Positions 37,491 through 47,834 of a DNA stretch of 64,000 bases are shown here, in pieces. The notes under the pieces are model-generated. The model saw only the letters and a program-made list of their open reading frames with translations, made no database searches and was not told where the DNA came from. Numbering within the stretch: position 1 is the stretch's first letter; each line of letters starts with the position of its first letter. The stretch comes from an uncultured delta proteobacterium (GTDB taxonomy: Bacteria > Desulfobacterota > Syntrophia > Syntrophales > Smithellaceae), in assembly GCA_903907985.1 (NCBI GenBank), contig CAIVQG010000030.1, forward strand, positions 25,534-89,533, given 5' to 3'. A program made the translations under genes and the position numbers.

Positions 37491-38948
37491 ATGGAGTTAA
37501 ACCAGTTAACCATTCATGAATTGCAGGAAAAAATAAAAAATGGTCAAACCTCGGCAACGCAAATTGTGGAGTCCGTTTTTAGCAGGATTGGTGTTGTCGA
37601 AGAGAGAGTTCACTCTTATATCCGGCTGATGAAAGACCAAGCGTTGTCTGCAGCAAAAAAGGCCGACGAAGATATTAAAATAGGTGCTATCAAACCTCTC
37701 ACCGGCATTCCCCTCGCCCTGAAAGATATCGTGTGCACAAAAGGGATTCCCACCACCTGCGGCTCCCATATTTTGCACAATTTTGTGCCACCGTATGATG
37801 CGACTGTGGTGGAGAAACTGCGCGACGCCGGCGCTGTTTTTGTTGGCAAGGCCAATATGGACGAATTTGCCATGGGATCTTCGACTGAAACTTCCTGGTT
37901 CGGAGTTACGCGCAATCCATGGGATCTGGAAAGAATTCCCGGCGGATCCAGCGGCGGCTCGGCAACAGCGGTAGCTGCTGACGAATGCATTGCTTCTATT
38001 GGTTCCGATACAGGCGGTTCTATCCGCCAACCGGCAGCACTTTGCGGAGTTGTCGGCCTGAAACCAACGTATGGCCGCGTCTCGCGTTTCGGTTTGATCG
38101 CTTTTGCTTCATCATTGGATCAAATTGGCCCCTTTACGAAAGATGTCGAAGACTGTGCCATTATGATGAATGTTTTAGCCGGTTACGACCCGCGTGAATC
38201 AACCTCAGTACAGGCAGAAGTGCCGGATTACCGGCAATTCGTAGGCAAAGACATTACAGGCTGGAAAATAGGTATACCTAAGGAATATTTTATTGAAGGC
38301 ATTGATCCCGAAGTTGCCGCCTCAGTAAAAAAAGCCATTGCGGTCATTGAAAAATGCGGCGGCCAATGCGTGGATATTTCTCTGCCGCACACGGAATATT
38401 GTCTGGCCGTTTATTATATTATTGCTCCGGCGGAAGCGAGCTCCAACCTGGCACGCTATGACGGCGTGAAATATGGTCTGCGAACTTCCGAAGCCCGGGA
38501 CTTGCTGGATATGTACAAGAAAACTCGAACGCAGGGATTCGGCAATGAAGTGAAAAGAAGAATAATGATTGGCACTTATGCTTTGTCCTCCGGATATTAT
38601 GATGCATATTATAAAAAGGCGTCCCAGGTACGGGCCTTGATCAAACAGGATTTTGCCGAGGCATTTAAAAAATGTGATGTGATTCTTACGCCGACAACAC
38701 CGACACCGGCGTTTAAAATTGGTGAGAAAATGGATAACCCCTTGCAGATGTATCTTTCCGATCTTTTCACCATCTCTTCAAATCTTGCGGGCATTCCCGG
38801 CATATCGGTGCCTTGCGGCTTTACCGCCGCCGGTTTGCCGGTGGGAGTGCAGTTTTTAGCCGGACATTTTGAAGAAGGGAAACTTATTCAAATAGCCTCT
38901 GCCTATGAAAAGAACGCTAATCTTGCAAAAAGGAGGCCGCAACTATAA
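37491..38948 (+). CDS. gatA: Asp/Glu-tRNA amidotransferase subunit A
   Basis: 485 aa. It carries the amidase signature [13 protein letters not shown] and [15 protein letters not shown]. Confidence 0.95.
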   Translation: MELNQLTIHELQEKIKNGQTSATQIVESVFSRIGVVEERVHSYIRLMKDQALSAAKKADEDIKIGAIKPLTGIPLALKDIVCTKGIPTTCGSHILHNFVPPYDATVVEKLRDAGAVFVGKANMDEFAMGSSTETSWFGVTRNPWDLERIPGGSSGGSATAVAADECIASIGSDTGGSIRQPAALCGVVGLKPTYGRVSRFGLIAFASSLDQIGPFTKDVEDCAIMMNVLAGYDPRESTSVQAEVPDYRQFVGKDITGWKIGIPKEYFIEGIDPEVAASVKKAIAVIEKCGGQCVDISLPHTEYCLAVYYIIAPAEASSNLARYDGVKYGLRTSEARDLLDMYKKTRTQGFGNEVKRRIMIGTYALSSGYYDAYYKKASQVRALIKQDFAEAFKKCDVILTPTTPTPAFKIGEKMDNPLQMYLSDLFTISSNLAGIPGISVPCGFTAAGLPVGVQFLAGHFEEGKLIQIASAYEKNANLAKRRPQL

Positions 38949-40378
38949 TGGAGTTTGAAACAGTAATCGGTCTGGAAGTACATGCCCAACTTTTAACGGA
39001 TACAAAAATATTCTGCAATTGTTCGACTAAATTCGGCGGAACTCCCAACAGCCATGCCTGTCCGGTATGCCTCGGCATGCCCGGTGTGCTGCCGGTATTA
39101 AATAAGAAGGTTGTAGAGTACGGCATGAAGATGTCTCTGGCGACAAATTGCACCATTAATAAATCTTGCAGCTTTGCGCGAAAAAATTATTTTTACCCCG
39201 ATCTGCCCAAAGGGTATCAAATATCACAATATGCTTATCCTCTTTCGGAGCACGGGTATGTTTTTCTGGAAGTGGATGGAGCACAAAAGAAAATAGGTAT
39301 TACCCGGATCCATATGGAAGAAGATGCCGGCAAGCTGCTGCATGACGAGCACAATCCTGTCAGTTATGTTGATTTGAACCGCGCCGGCGTGCCGCTGATT
39401 GAAATAGTCAGCGAGCCTGATATGCGAACGCCTACAGAAGCAGCCGATTATTTGAAGCGTCTGCACGAAATTCTGGTTTATCTGGAAATTTGCGACGGCA
39501 ACATGGAAGAAGGCTCTTTCCGCTGTGACGCTAATGTTTCCATTCGACCGAAGGGACAAGAGGAATTCGGCACCCGCGCCGAACTGAAGAACATGAATTC
39601 CTTCCGTAATGTGCAACGTGCGCTGGAATATGAAGTCAAGCGCCAGCAATATATTGTGGAAAATGGTGGAAAAATTGTCCAGGAAACACGTCTCTGGGAT
39701 GACGCGCAGGGCGTGACCAATTCCATGCGCAGCAAGGAAGAGGCTCACGATTACCGCTATTTTCCCGATCCTGATTTAGTTCCGATCATCGTTGATGACG
39801 CCTGGATAGAAGTTATGCGCAAAGAGCTTCCCGAGCTGCCTATGGCCAAACGGGAAAGATTTGTTAAAGATTATCAGATTCCTGCTTATGATGCCGGTGT
39901 GCTTACCGCCGATAAAGCGCTTTCTAATTATTATGAAGAAGTCGTCCGTCTTTGCGCCAGCCCCAAAGCGGCCAGTAACTGGGTTATGGGCGATGTGCTG
40001 AGATTTTTGAACGAAGAGCGGCGCGATATTAGAAATTGCCCGGTAACTGCGGCAAGCTTAGCGGAAATGATCAGACTGATTGAAGACGGCACCATTAGCG
40101 GCAAGATGGCCAAAGACATCGTCGAGGAAATGTATAAAACAGGTAGCGCCCCCAAGACCATCATTGCCGAAAAGGGCATGGTGCAGATCACCGATGAAGG
40201 CGCACTTCTAAAAACAATTTCAGCAATAATTGATGCCAATCCCAATCAACTGCAAGATTACCGCGGCGGCAAAGATAAACTTTTCGGCTTTTTTGTCGGC
40301 CAGGTCATGAAAGCAACACAAGGCAAGGCTAATCCGCAAATCGTCAATGAACTGCTCAAAAAGATGCTGGCCGGATGA
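38948..40378 (+). CDS. gatB: Asp/Glu-tRNA amidotransferase subunit B
   Basis: 476 aa. The N-terminus is [15 protein letters not shown]. Its ATG overlaps the gatA stop (TAATG). Confidence 0.95.
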   Translation: MEFETVIGLEVHAQLLTDTKIFCNCSTKFGGTPNSHACPVCLGMPGVLPVLNKKVVEYGMKMSLATNCTINKSCSFARKNYFYPDLPKGYQISQYAYPLSEHGYVFLEVDGAQKKIGITRIHMEEDAGKLLHDEHNPVSYVDLNRAGVPLIEIVSEPDMRTPTEAADYLKRLHEILVYLEICDGNMEEGSFRCDANVSIRPKGQEEFGTRAELKNMNSFRNVQRALEYEVKRQQYIVENGGKIVQETRLWDDAQGVTNSMRSKEEAHDYRYFPDPDLVPIIVDDAWIEVMRKELPELPMAKRERFVKDYQIPAYDAGVLTADKALSNYYEEVVRLCASPKAASNWVMGDVLRFLNEERRDIRNCPVTAASLAEMIRLIEDGTISGKMAKDIVEEMYKTGSAPKTIIAEKGMVQITDEGALLKTISAIIDANPNQLQDYRGGKDKLFGFFVGQVMKATQGKANPQIVNELLKKMLAG

Positions 40379-41427
40379 TGATTAGGACGATTATCTGGAA
40401 AAACAATGCGGTTGTTCTGATTGATCAAAATGCCCTGCCGCTGACCGAGCGCTATATTACCTGCCATCATTATTCGGAAGTAATTTCCGCCATCAAAGAT
40501 TTAACGGTCCGAGGTGCGCCGGCCATTGGCGTTGCCGCTGCCATGGCGGCGGCACTGGGCGCAACGGCATTGCCTGTCAAACCTGCGGAATTATTCCGCC
40601 AAAGTTTTTATAAGATTTGTGATGAGATCGCGCAGTCACGTCCGACTGCACGCAATCTCTTCTGGGCGTTGGAACGCATGAAAAAATGTCTGGATGAGGC
40701 AATAGCTTCCGGCAAGGAAAAAATAGTCCCGGAATTAGTTGCCCAAGCCAAACGCATTGGCGCGGAAGATATTGCCAATAACCGCCAGATGGGAAAAAAA
40801 GGCAGCACGCTCATTGCCGATGGAGACAACATTCTGACCCACTGCAACGCCGGCGCCCTGGCGACGGCAGGTTATGGGACGGCACTCGGTGTTTTGCGGG
40901 CGGCGCGGGAGCAGGGTAAAAAGATACATGTCTATGTAGATGAAACGAGGCCTGTTTTGCAGGGAGCGCGCCTTACCGCCTGGGAGCTGAAAAAGGAAAA
41001 GATTCCCGCCACCTTGATTACCGACAACATGGCCGGCTTTCTGATGCAACAGGGAAAGATTGACAAGATTATTGTTGGTGCCGACCGCATTGCCGCCAAC
41101 GGTGATGCCGCCAACAAAATCGGCACCTATTCTTTAGCGGTGCTGGCCTATGTGCATAACATTCCTTTTTATATTGCGGCGCCTCTTTCCACAATAGATA
41201 CTTCTCTGAAAACGGGCTTGGAAATACCCATTGAGGAGCGGTCGGGTAAGGAAGTCACCAACTTTCGTAACGTTCAAACAGCACCTGACGGCATGAAGGT
41301 TTATAATCCGGCTTTTGACATTACTCCGGCGAAATTTGTATCCGCGATAATTACGGAAAAAGGAATCCTCACAAAGCCTTATCTTCGATCTATCCGCACT
41401 CTGGAGAAGGGTCAAACTGCCCGATGA
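40375..41427 (+). CDS. mtnA: S-methyl-5-thioribose-1-phosphate isomerase (eIF-2B alpha/beta/delta family)
   Basis: 350 aa. Motifs: [38 protein letters not shown]. It overlaps the gatB stop (ATGA). Confidence 0.85.
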   Translation: MMIRTIIWKNNAVVLIDQNALPLTERYITCHHYSEVISAIKDLTVRGAPAIGVAAAMAAALGATALPVKPAELFRQSFYKICDEIAQSRPTARNLFWALERMKKCLDEAIASGKEKIVPELVAQAKRIGAEDIANNRQMGKKGSTLIADGDNILTHCNAGALATAGYGTALGVLRAAREQGKKIHVYVDETRPVLQGARLTAWELKKEKIPATLITDNMAGFLMQQGKIDKIIVGADRIAANGDAANKIGTYSLAVLAYVHNIPFYIAAPLSTIDTSLKTGLEIPIEERSGKEVTNFRNVQTAPDGMKVYNPAFDITPAKFVSAIITEKGILTKPYLRSIRTLEKGQTAR

Positions 41428-42041
41428 AATTATTCCTTTTTGATTTTGACGGTGTGCTGGTGGAGTCATTGGAGATATATGAAAAGATCGTCAGCCTTTG
41501 CCTGCAAAAAATAAATAAGCCGCTGACCCGCGGCCGGGAAGAATTCCTGGAATTGTTCAACGGCAATTTTTACGAATCCCTGACGAAGAGAGGCGTGGAT
41601 TTAAAGGAATTTATGGAAGTTTCCGGTGGTCTGCTCGCGCATGTCGATTACAAAGAGATGCAGCCGGTTACTGCCATGATTGCCGTAGTTGAGCAATTGC
41701 AGAGAAATAACATTCTGCTGGTGATTTCTTCCAATGACTCTCAAACGATTTCAGTGGCACTGGAACAATTTCAATTTAACGGTTTTTTTCAGGAAGTGCT
41801 CGGTTCAGATTTTCTGTTCTCCAAAAAAGATAAGATGCTTTATGCCACAAAGAAGTATCAAATTGCACCAGAAGATATTTATTACATCGGTGATACAACC
41901 GGCGATATTGTGGAAGGTCGGGCCGCCGGAGTAAAAACCGTTGGTGTCACCTGGGGCTGGCATAGTAGAGACAAAATGGCTCAGGCCCAACCGGATTATC
42001 TCGTCAATGAGCCGCAAGAATTATTGCAACTAAATCAATGA
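41424..42041 (+). CDS. HAD-superfamily hydrolase (phosphoglycolate phosphatase-like)
   Basis: Motif I is FLFDFDGVL. The distal part carries GDTTGD. It overlaps the mtnA stop (ATGA). Confidence 0.75.
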   Translation: MKLFLFDFDGVLVESLEIYEKIVSLCLQKINKPLTRGREEFLELFNGNFYESLTKRGVDLKEFMEVSGGLLAHVDYKEMQPVTAMIAVVEQLQRNNILLVISSNDSQTISVALEQFQFNGFFQEVLGSDFLFSKKDKMLYATKKYQIAPEDIYYIGDTTGDIVEGRAAGVKTVGVTWGWHSRDKMAQAQPDYLVNEPQELLQLNQ

Positions 42042-42130
42042 CACTGAAGAAATTATATTGGTCTTGAATTTATATTTATTTTCTGTAAGCTTGATCGTCA
42101 GCAAACTTTATCGCAAGGCCATATTTTACT

Positions 42131-42676
42131 ATGACACAAGGTTGCAGCAGGCTTAAGGTCATTTCCGCCGTTTTTTTCTTTCCACTGCGCGCATTTCTTG
42201 CGCGGCTGGGAATTCGCTATGATCTTTCCTTCATTATCAATAACTATTATCAGGAGAAATTTAACAGTATTCCGGCTGCTCAAAAGGCCGTGATCCTTCC
42301 CCATTGCTTGATTGGTGATAAATGTCCGGCCCACTTTTCCAAAGAGGATGGAATTCTTTGCAGCAAATGTAAGAAATGCGGTTGCGGCGAGATCCGCGCC
42401 TTGGCCGAAGAGCAGGGATGGCAATTTTACATCACACCCAGCACAGGATTCACAAAGCGGCTGGTGCAGAGAAAGACGATCCGGGCTGCCGTGGGCGCGG
42501 CCTGCAATTTTGAAATCGAAAAAGGCATCAGGTCAACACCGATCAATACTAAAGGCGTTCATCTGCAGCGGGAAAAAGTAATCCCCCAGATAATCCTGAC
42601 AGCCCGGTATGATTGCCTGAACAATGATATTGACTGGGAGCATTTGAAAAGGATCATCCGGGGGGAAACGTTCTGA
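42131..42676 (+). CDS. DUF116 family Cys-rich protein
   Basis: 181 aa. The segment LPHCLIGDKCP...CSKCKKCGCGEI...AAVGAACNFEIEKG matches my recollection of DUF116. Confidence 0.55.
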   Translation: MTQGCSRLKVISAVFFFPLRAFLARLGIRYDLSFIINNYYQEKFNSIPAAQKAVILPHCLIGDKCPAHFSKEDGILCSKCKKCGCGEIRALAEEQGWQFYITPSTGFTKRLVQRKTIRAAVGAACNFEIEKGIRSTPINTKGVHLQREKVIPQIILTARYDCLNNDIDWEHLKRIIRGETF

Positions 42677-42727
42677 TTCAAGTTCAGCCTTGTTTTTGCC
42701 GATTATTAAGTACAGGAGAACAAATTT

Positions 42728-43078
42728 ATGCCGTCCGCCTTTGGAATTGCTCTAACCGCGTTGAAAGCTTTCGAGAAAAAACTTGACGTAAACGCCAATA
42801 ATGTCGCCAATGTCGAAACAAACAATTTTAAAAAAAGCCGTGTTAATTTTCAGGATACTGCCAACGGTGGTGTGGTCGTAACAATTAGCAGCATGGATAC
42901 TCCCGGCATGGAGATTGACCCCAATGTGCAAACCGGCGTTGCGCAGCAAACATCAAATGTTACCCTGGAAGAAGAAATTGCCGATCAGATTCTTACTCAA
43001 TATTCCTATGAAGCCAATATCCTGACCATCAAAACCGCCACAGAAATGCAAAAAGAGCTGCTCAATATCAAGGCTTAA
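42728..43078 (+). CDS. Flagellar basal-body rod protein-like mini protein (FlgC/FlgB-like termini)
   Basis: 116 aa. The N-terminal rod motif is LDVNANNVANVETNNFK. The C-terminal rod-type helix is SNVTLEEEIADQILTQYSYEANILTIKTATEMQKELLNI. No other flagellar genes are in the window. Confidence 0.55.
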   Translation: MPSAFGIALTALKAFEKKLDVNANNVANVETNNFKKSRVNFQDTANGGVVVTISSMDTPGMEIDPNVQTGVAQQTSNVTLEEEIADQILTQYSYEANILTIKTATEMQKELLNIKA

Positions 43079-43347
43079 ATTACCCTTCGGGAAACCTCAT
43101 CTGACGGGGTATTTGTAGAAACAGGCTTTATCCTTCAGTTTTCTTCCATAATTAATTTCAGTGCTTTAAGATTGATCACAGACCCCTTTACTTTGCTCAG
43201 GGCTTCGGTTTACCGGTATGAGTTTTCTTTTCGAGCATGGTCATGAAGGCGATTATTCACAGAGGAGATTGCTCGCTTTACATTTTCCGGATTATCTGTA
43301 TATTCCAAACAAACGCACATGATTAGTCTGAAACCAAAGGGTCGGCC

Positions 43348-44193
43348 ATGGATACGATAAGAAAAGACCTTATTCAATCAGTAGAAAAGATGCCCGCCTT
43401 TCCACAGAGTGTGCATCGGGTAATTGAGCTAACCTCCGATATCAATTCCGATCCCAGAGACTTGGTGAAAGTCATAGAGCACGATCCCGTTCTGATTACA
43501 AAGATCCTCAAAATGGTAAATTCACCCTACTTCGGCCTTGCCGAGAAGATCACTTCCGTTAACCACGCCGTAGTTTACATTGGAATCAACACGGTTAAAA
43601 ATCTGGCCTTGAGCACAGCGACCCTAGGCGTGCTTCCCCGTACGAATAATGCGGGATTCGACATGGATGCATTTCTTTTGCATTCGTTATCCACCGCCAC
43701 TATTGCAAGGCTTTTCGCTAGGAGATTGAAGATTCAGGAAAGGGATGCCTTTGACTTCTTTCTCTCCGGGCTATTGCACGATTTCGGCAAGGTCGTTTTT
43801 GCCCACTTTTTGCCCAACGACTTCAAACAGGTGCTGCAGATCGTAAAAGAGGAAGGCCTGCCTCTTTATGAGGCGGAACAGAGAATTTTTATGACCGATC
43901 ATGCGCAAATCGGCTCATTGCTCGGAGAAAAATGGAACCTTCCCACTCACCTGATCACCTGTATAAAGGATCACCACCACCATGACCGCAAAGAATCGCT
44001 GATCATAGACGTAGTTTCAGCTGCCGATCAGATAAGCAAGGAGCTGAAAATCGGATTCGGCGGTGAAAATCGGATTGAAACGATTCCCGATGCAATAATG
44101 GATCGCTTTGGAGCCAACTTGCAGGCGGTCATCGACTCTCTGGGCGACATCAATGCAGAAACGGAAAAGGCTTTGGTATTCATCCAGAAATAA
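43348..44193 (+). CDS. HDOD domain signalling protein
   Basis: 281 aa. Segments: MPAFPQSVHRVIELTSD.NSDPRDLVKVIEHDPVLITKILKMVNSPYFGL and HDFGK...HAQIGSLL. Confidence 0.8.
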   Translation: MDTIRKDLIQSVEKMPAFPQSVHRVIELTSDINSDPRDLVKVIEHDPVLITKILKMVNSPYFGLAEKITSVNHAVVYIGINTVKNLALSTATLGVLPRTNNAGFDMDAFLLHSLSTATIARLFARRLKIQERDAFDFFLSGLLHDFGKVVFAHFLPNDFKQVLQIVKEEGLPLYEAEQRIFMTDHAQIGSLLGEKWNLPTHLITCIKDHHHHDRKESLIIDVVSAADQISKELKIGFGGENRIETIPDAIMDRFGANLQAVIDSLGDINAETEKALVFIQK

Positions 44194-44212
44194 ATAATTT
44201 GGGGGTTGCGGT

Positions 44213-45085
44213 TTGAAGATACGATTCTGGGGTGTCCGTGGTTCAATACCTTCGCCGGGAAGTAAAACCGTGCGCTATGGTGGCAATACCACATGCATTG
44301 AGGTAGAAACCGATGACGGAGAGACGATCATCCTCGATGCCGGCACCGGCATACACCCTCTTTCGCAAAGCCTGCTGAAAAAACTGCCGTTATCTTGCTC
44401 TATATTCATTACTCATACCCACTGGGACCATATTCAGGGCCTCCCATTTTTTGTTCCCATTTTCATCCCCGGGAACCAGATACGGATTTACGGCGCCTTC
44501 GATCCTGTCCTGCAGAAAGATATCGGAGATGTTCTGAGCCGCCAGATGGAGTATTGCTATTTTCCTGTCCGGGAAGCAGAACTGAAAGCGGACATAAAGT
44601 ATAATTCTCTTCATGAAAGGCAACCGGTAGAGATAGGATCAGCAAGGGTTACGAATATCTTCATGAATCATCCGGTGCTCACTTTCGGCTACCGGATCGA
44701 TTGCAATGGCAAGAGTATGTTTTTCACCGGAGATAACGAAAAGTTGTATAACATTTATCAACCCGGCGACGATTACTACACAGAATACGAAAATCAAATC
44801 TCCAGGAAAAATGCCCTGCTTGACGATTTTATCCGGGGAGTGGATGTACTGATCGCTGACTCTGCATATACCGAACAGGAATATCCGGCAAAAAAAGGGT
44901 GGGGTCACGGAACTTACAATTCCTGCGTTGATATGGCGAAGAACATCGGCGCCAAGGCTCTCTATCTCACACATCACGAACCGCTACGCAGTGATGACGA
45001 GCTGGATGGTATTCAAAAACAGCTGAACGCAATAGAAGCACTCCCGGTATGTATAGCGTACGAGGGTCTGGAGATTACATTATAA
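44213..45085 (+). CDS. MBL-fold metallo-hydrolase
   Basis: TTG start. The N-terminus is FWGVRGS, followed by the metal motif THTHWDHIQG and a distal HHEP. Confidence 0.75.
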   Translation: MKIRFWGVRGSIPSPGSKTVRYGGNTTCIEVETDDGETIILDAGTGIHPLSQSLLKKLPLSCSIFITHTHWDHIQGLPFFVPIFIPGNQIRIYGAFDPVLQKDIGDVLSRQMEYCYFPVREAELKADIKYNSLHERQPVEIGSARVTNIFMNHPVLTFGYRIDCNGKSMFFTGDNEKLYNIYQPGDDYYTEYENQISRKNALLDDFIRGVDVLIADSAYTEQEYPAKKGWGHGTYNSCVDMAKNIGAKALYLTHHEPLRSDDELDGIQKQLNAIEALPVCIAYEGLEITL

Positions 45086-45098
45086 TGTCAGTGAGCGC

Positions 45099-45653
45099 TT
45101 ACTCTTCATTTTTTGCTTTAATTCTTTCTTGAACAGCATTGATCAGGGGCCCGTCGGTGCGCCAGGTCCAGCAGGTATCCGCAAGCATATGGATCAAATC
45201 CGTTGTAAATCCGGAAGGTCCCTGCAGTTGAAATGCCGCATATCCCTGTATGACCGGGGCACCCATTGCGGTCAGAAGCGCCACCAGATGGTTGCAACCC
45301 TGACCATGACCGACCAGTTGCTTTACTTTCAAGGAGAATCCGCCGGTAACTCGTAATCCCTTGGCCTGCTCAATGCTGTTGATGGTCTCCAGGCATTCCT
45401 CGCGAGGAACGCAAGGCATTTCCACATGCAGATCCTCGATCTCCAGCGTTGTTTTGCTGACGAGCAGATGAATGATCATCTGATGCAATATGCCGGGGGG
45501 CCTTTTTTCACCTGTGGCCAGATAGTATTCCTGGAAGCGATGATCCGTCAAACACCCCTCTACGGCTAATCTCTGTTCGTCATATTCGTAAGTACTTACC
45601 TCTATGGTTCGGGTGTGATATTTTTTCCCTTTCGGTTTGCCAAACAAGCTCAT
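45099..45653 (-). CDS. Conserved hypothetical protein (DUF2889-like)
   Basis: The ORF extends to 45767, but I prefer MSLFGKPKG at 45653. The pattern TRTIEV...L.VEGCLTD.R... and GCNHL resembles DUF2889. This is from recollection only. Confidence 0.45.
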   Translation of the reverse strand: MSLFGKPKGKKYHTRTIEVSTYEYDEQRLAVEGCLTDHRFQEYYLATGEKRPPGILHQMIIHLLVSKTTLEIEDLHVEMPCVPREECLETINSIEQAKGLRVTGGFSLKVKQLVGHGQGCNHLVALLTAMGAPVIQGYAAFQLQGPSGFTTDLIHMLADTCWTWRTDGPLINAVQERIKAKNEE

Positions 45654-45901
45654 TGTGCTCTGTCTCCTAGGGCTTTGATTTTTATAAATATTGGTGCAAG
45701 GATGTATATCGATAACCGTCTTATGTGTCAATTTAATATCATTCAGAGGTTGCCAGGTGCCGTGCATTTGTTTTCATCCGCTCACTTCAGTCTTATATAT
45801 GCTGAAGGCCCAGGCAGATTTAGCCTCCGGTAATTATTGTTTCTTTGGTGATAATGTTGTAGTATCGTTGAAAATAATGAATAAATCAGAGGTGGTATAC
45901 A

Positions 45902-47290
45902 ATGCCGGATAAATATGATTTAATTGTTGTTGGCGGGGGACCGGGAGGACTGGAAGCGGCAACCTTGACGGCGGGAGCAGGAAAGCGCGTACTGATTATC
46001 GAGAAAACCGGCTGGGGTGGTACCTGCACACATCGCGGCTGTATCCCGACCAAAGCTCTGCTCACCTGCAGTAGATATTATGCGGATTTAAAAAAACTCA
46101 AAAGATTAGGAATCAACATTGCTTCCGCCACCTTTGATTTTTCGGCGATGAAAAAGCATCAGGAGCAGATAGTAAAAGTAGCGGCGCTCGGTGCTCAAAA
46201 AATGCTCGAAGATGCCGGAGTGGAAACAATAGCGGGGACAGGCGAAATTATTTCTCCGGGAGAAGTGAAATTTACGGATCAGTTAGGCCAAGCTCAAATT
46301 GTCTCTGCCGGCAACATCGTTATTGCCTGGGGTTCGCAACCACAGGTTTTGCCGGGTATAAATTTATCCGACCGCATTCTCACATCCGATGGAATTCTTA
46401 ATTTAAAGACCATTCCTGCCAGCATAGTCATTGTAGGCGGCAGCTTCATTGGAATTGAATTTGCGACTCTATTTGCCGAATTAGGTGTAAAAGTAACTTT
46501 GATAGAATTACTGGAGCACATTTTGCCTCAGGAAGACGAAGAAACCGCAGATTTTTTAAAGCAGGAATTAACCCGCTCCGGTATCGCTGTGCACAACTCC
46601 ACCGGGCTTACCGGCCTGAAAGAAACAGATAGCGGGGTCGCCATCCAGGCGCAAAAAAATTCCGAGCAACTGGAATGGAATGCTGATTATGTTTTGCTTT
46701 GCACCGGCCGGAAGCCTCAATTGAATGAGGCCGAGTTAATCAATTGCGGTATCTCTTACGACCGTGCCGGGATAAAAGTTAATAAAAACATGATGACCAA
46801 TGTGCCGGGTATTTATGCCATAGGCGATGTTACCGGTGGTATGATGCTGGCCCATCGGGCCGCACAGCAGGGGAAGGTCGCCGCCGCAAATATTTGCCGG
46901 TATGATGTGCCGCCGTACAATGAAAGATTTATTCCTTCTGTTGTCTATAGCCATCCGCAAATTGCGCACGTGGGGCTGACAGCGTCGCAAGCTGAGGCCG
47001 AAGGCCTGCCCATTGAAGTTGTTAAGTCCAGCTACGGCGCTAATATTATTGCCCGTACCGAACTGCTGAGGCAGGGCTTTGTCAAGGCCGTCTTTTGCCG
47101 GGATAAAATTATTGGTGCAACTATTGCCGGTGATAACGCCGCCGAACTTATCGTTTCCTTGAGCTTAGCAGTATCCACGGAGATGACTCGCAAGCAACTG
47201 CAAGCCTGGGTTATCCCACACCCGACGTTGAGTGAGATATTCGCCCCACTATTAGGCAGTAAATTTATTGCGCCGGACAAAACATCTTGA
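45902..47290 (+). CDS. lpdA: Dihydrolipoyl dehydrogenase family flavoprotein disulfide reductase
   Basis: Motifs: VVGGGPGG, the redox disulfide GGTCTHRGCIPTK, GDVTGGMMLAH, and the C-terminal HPTLSE. Confidence 0.85.
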   Translation: MPDKYDLIVVGGGPGGLEAATLTAGAGKRVLIIEKTGWGGTCTHRGCIPTKALLTCSRYYADLKKLKRLGINIASATFDFSAMKKHQEQIVKVAALGAQKMLEDAGVETIAGTGEIISPGEVKFTDQLGQAQIVSAGNIVIAWGSQPQVLPGINLSDRILTSDGILNLKTIPASIVIVGGSFIGIEFATLFAELGVKVTLIELLEHILPQEDEETADFLKQELTRSGIAVHNSTGLTGLKETDSGVAIQAQKNSEQLEWNADYVLLCTGRKPQLNEAELINCGISYDRAGIKVNKNMMTNVPGIYAIGDVTGGMMLAHRAAQQGKVAAANICRYDVPPYNERFIPSVVYSHPQIAHVGLTASQAEAEGLPIEVVKSSYGANIIARTELLRQGFVKAVFCRDKIIGATIAGDNAAELIVSLSLAVSTEMTRKQLQAWVIPHPTLSEIFAPLLGSKFIAPDKTS

Positions 47291-47330
47291 CAACGTACGA
47301 GTATTGTCGTACTTAATGTCGTACGATAAG
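47287..47330 (+). promoter_or_regulatory. yefM-yoeB promoter with GTAC-core operator repeats
   Basis: TTGACA lies at 47287-47292, overlapping the lpd stop, followed by 17 nt and TACTTA. TGTCGTAC occurs twice, at 47305 and 47317 (12-bp spacing). CGTACG palindromes lie at 47294 and 47320. Confidence 0.5.
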
Positions 47331-47341
47331 GAGGTTAAAAA

Positions 47342-47584
47342 GTGACAACATTATCCGCATCGGAAGCACGAAAACGGTTATATAATCTTGTGGATGAAGT
47401 AAAGGATACCCATCAGCCGGTACAAATTATTGGCAAGAGAAGTTCTGCGGTTCTTGTTTCTGAGGAAGACTGGCTGGCTATAGAGGAAACTCTGTATCTC
47501 ACAGCGATACCAGGCATGCGGGAATCCATCAAAAAAGGACTCAAGACGCCTGTTGAAAAGTGCGATAAGGAACTTAAATGGTAA
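47342..47584 (+). CDS. yefM: Type II antitoxin, Phd/YefM family
   Basis: GTG start after AAGGAGG. The N-terminal segment TLSASEARKRLYNLVDEV.DTHQPVQI is typical YefM. Confidence 0.85.
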   Translation: MTTLSASEARKRLYNLVDEVKDTHQPVQIIGKRSSAVLVSEEDWLAIEETLYLTAIPGMRESIKKGLKTPVEKCDKELKW

Positions 47585-47829
47585 CCTGGTGTCTTGTTTT
47601 CACCAAGCAAGCCCAAAAAGATGCGAAGAAATTAGCACATTCCGGTCTTAAGCCTCAGGCCATCCGTTTGCTCAATATTCTGCGCAAAGATCCTTACCAA
47701 AATCCACCGCCATACGAAAAACTGGTTGGTGACATGAGTGGCGCTTATTCCCGGCGGATAAACATCCAGCATCGCCTAGTTTATCAAATCATGGATGACA
47801 TCAAAACAGTGAAAGTTATCCGTATGTAG
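47578..47829 (+). CDS. yoeB: Type II toxin, Txe/YoeB family
   Basis: 83 aa. It overlaps the yefM stop (ATGGTAA). The segment FTKQAQKD...YEKL.GDMSGAYSRRINIQHRLVYQI is YoeB-like. Confidence 0.85.
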   Translation: MVTWCLVFTKQAQKDAKKLAHSGLKPQAIRLLNILRKDPYQNPPPYEKLVGDMSGAYSRRINIQHRLVYQIMDDIKTVKVIRM

Positions 47830-47834
47830 ACTCA

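Noticed and set aside
37506-38030. 174-aa and 124-aa minus-strand ORFs inside gatA. There are similar ones inside gatB (39224..39748), abfD (52237..53220), the acyl-CoA dehydrogenase (33665..35375) and kefC (6136..6984).
   Set aside because: All overlap strongly supported CDSs on the opposite strand or in another frame and have skewed, non-protein-like composition.
45846-45861. A sigma-54-like TGGTGATAATGTTGTA upstream of lpd.
   Set aside because: The -12 element is TTGT rather than TTGC, and the same bases read equally well as an extended -10 (TGATAAT) sigma-70 box. It is ambiguous.
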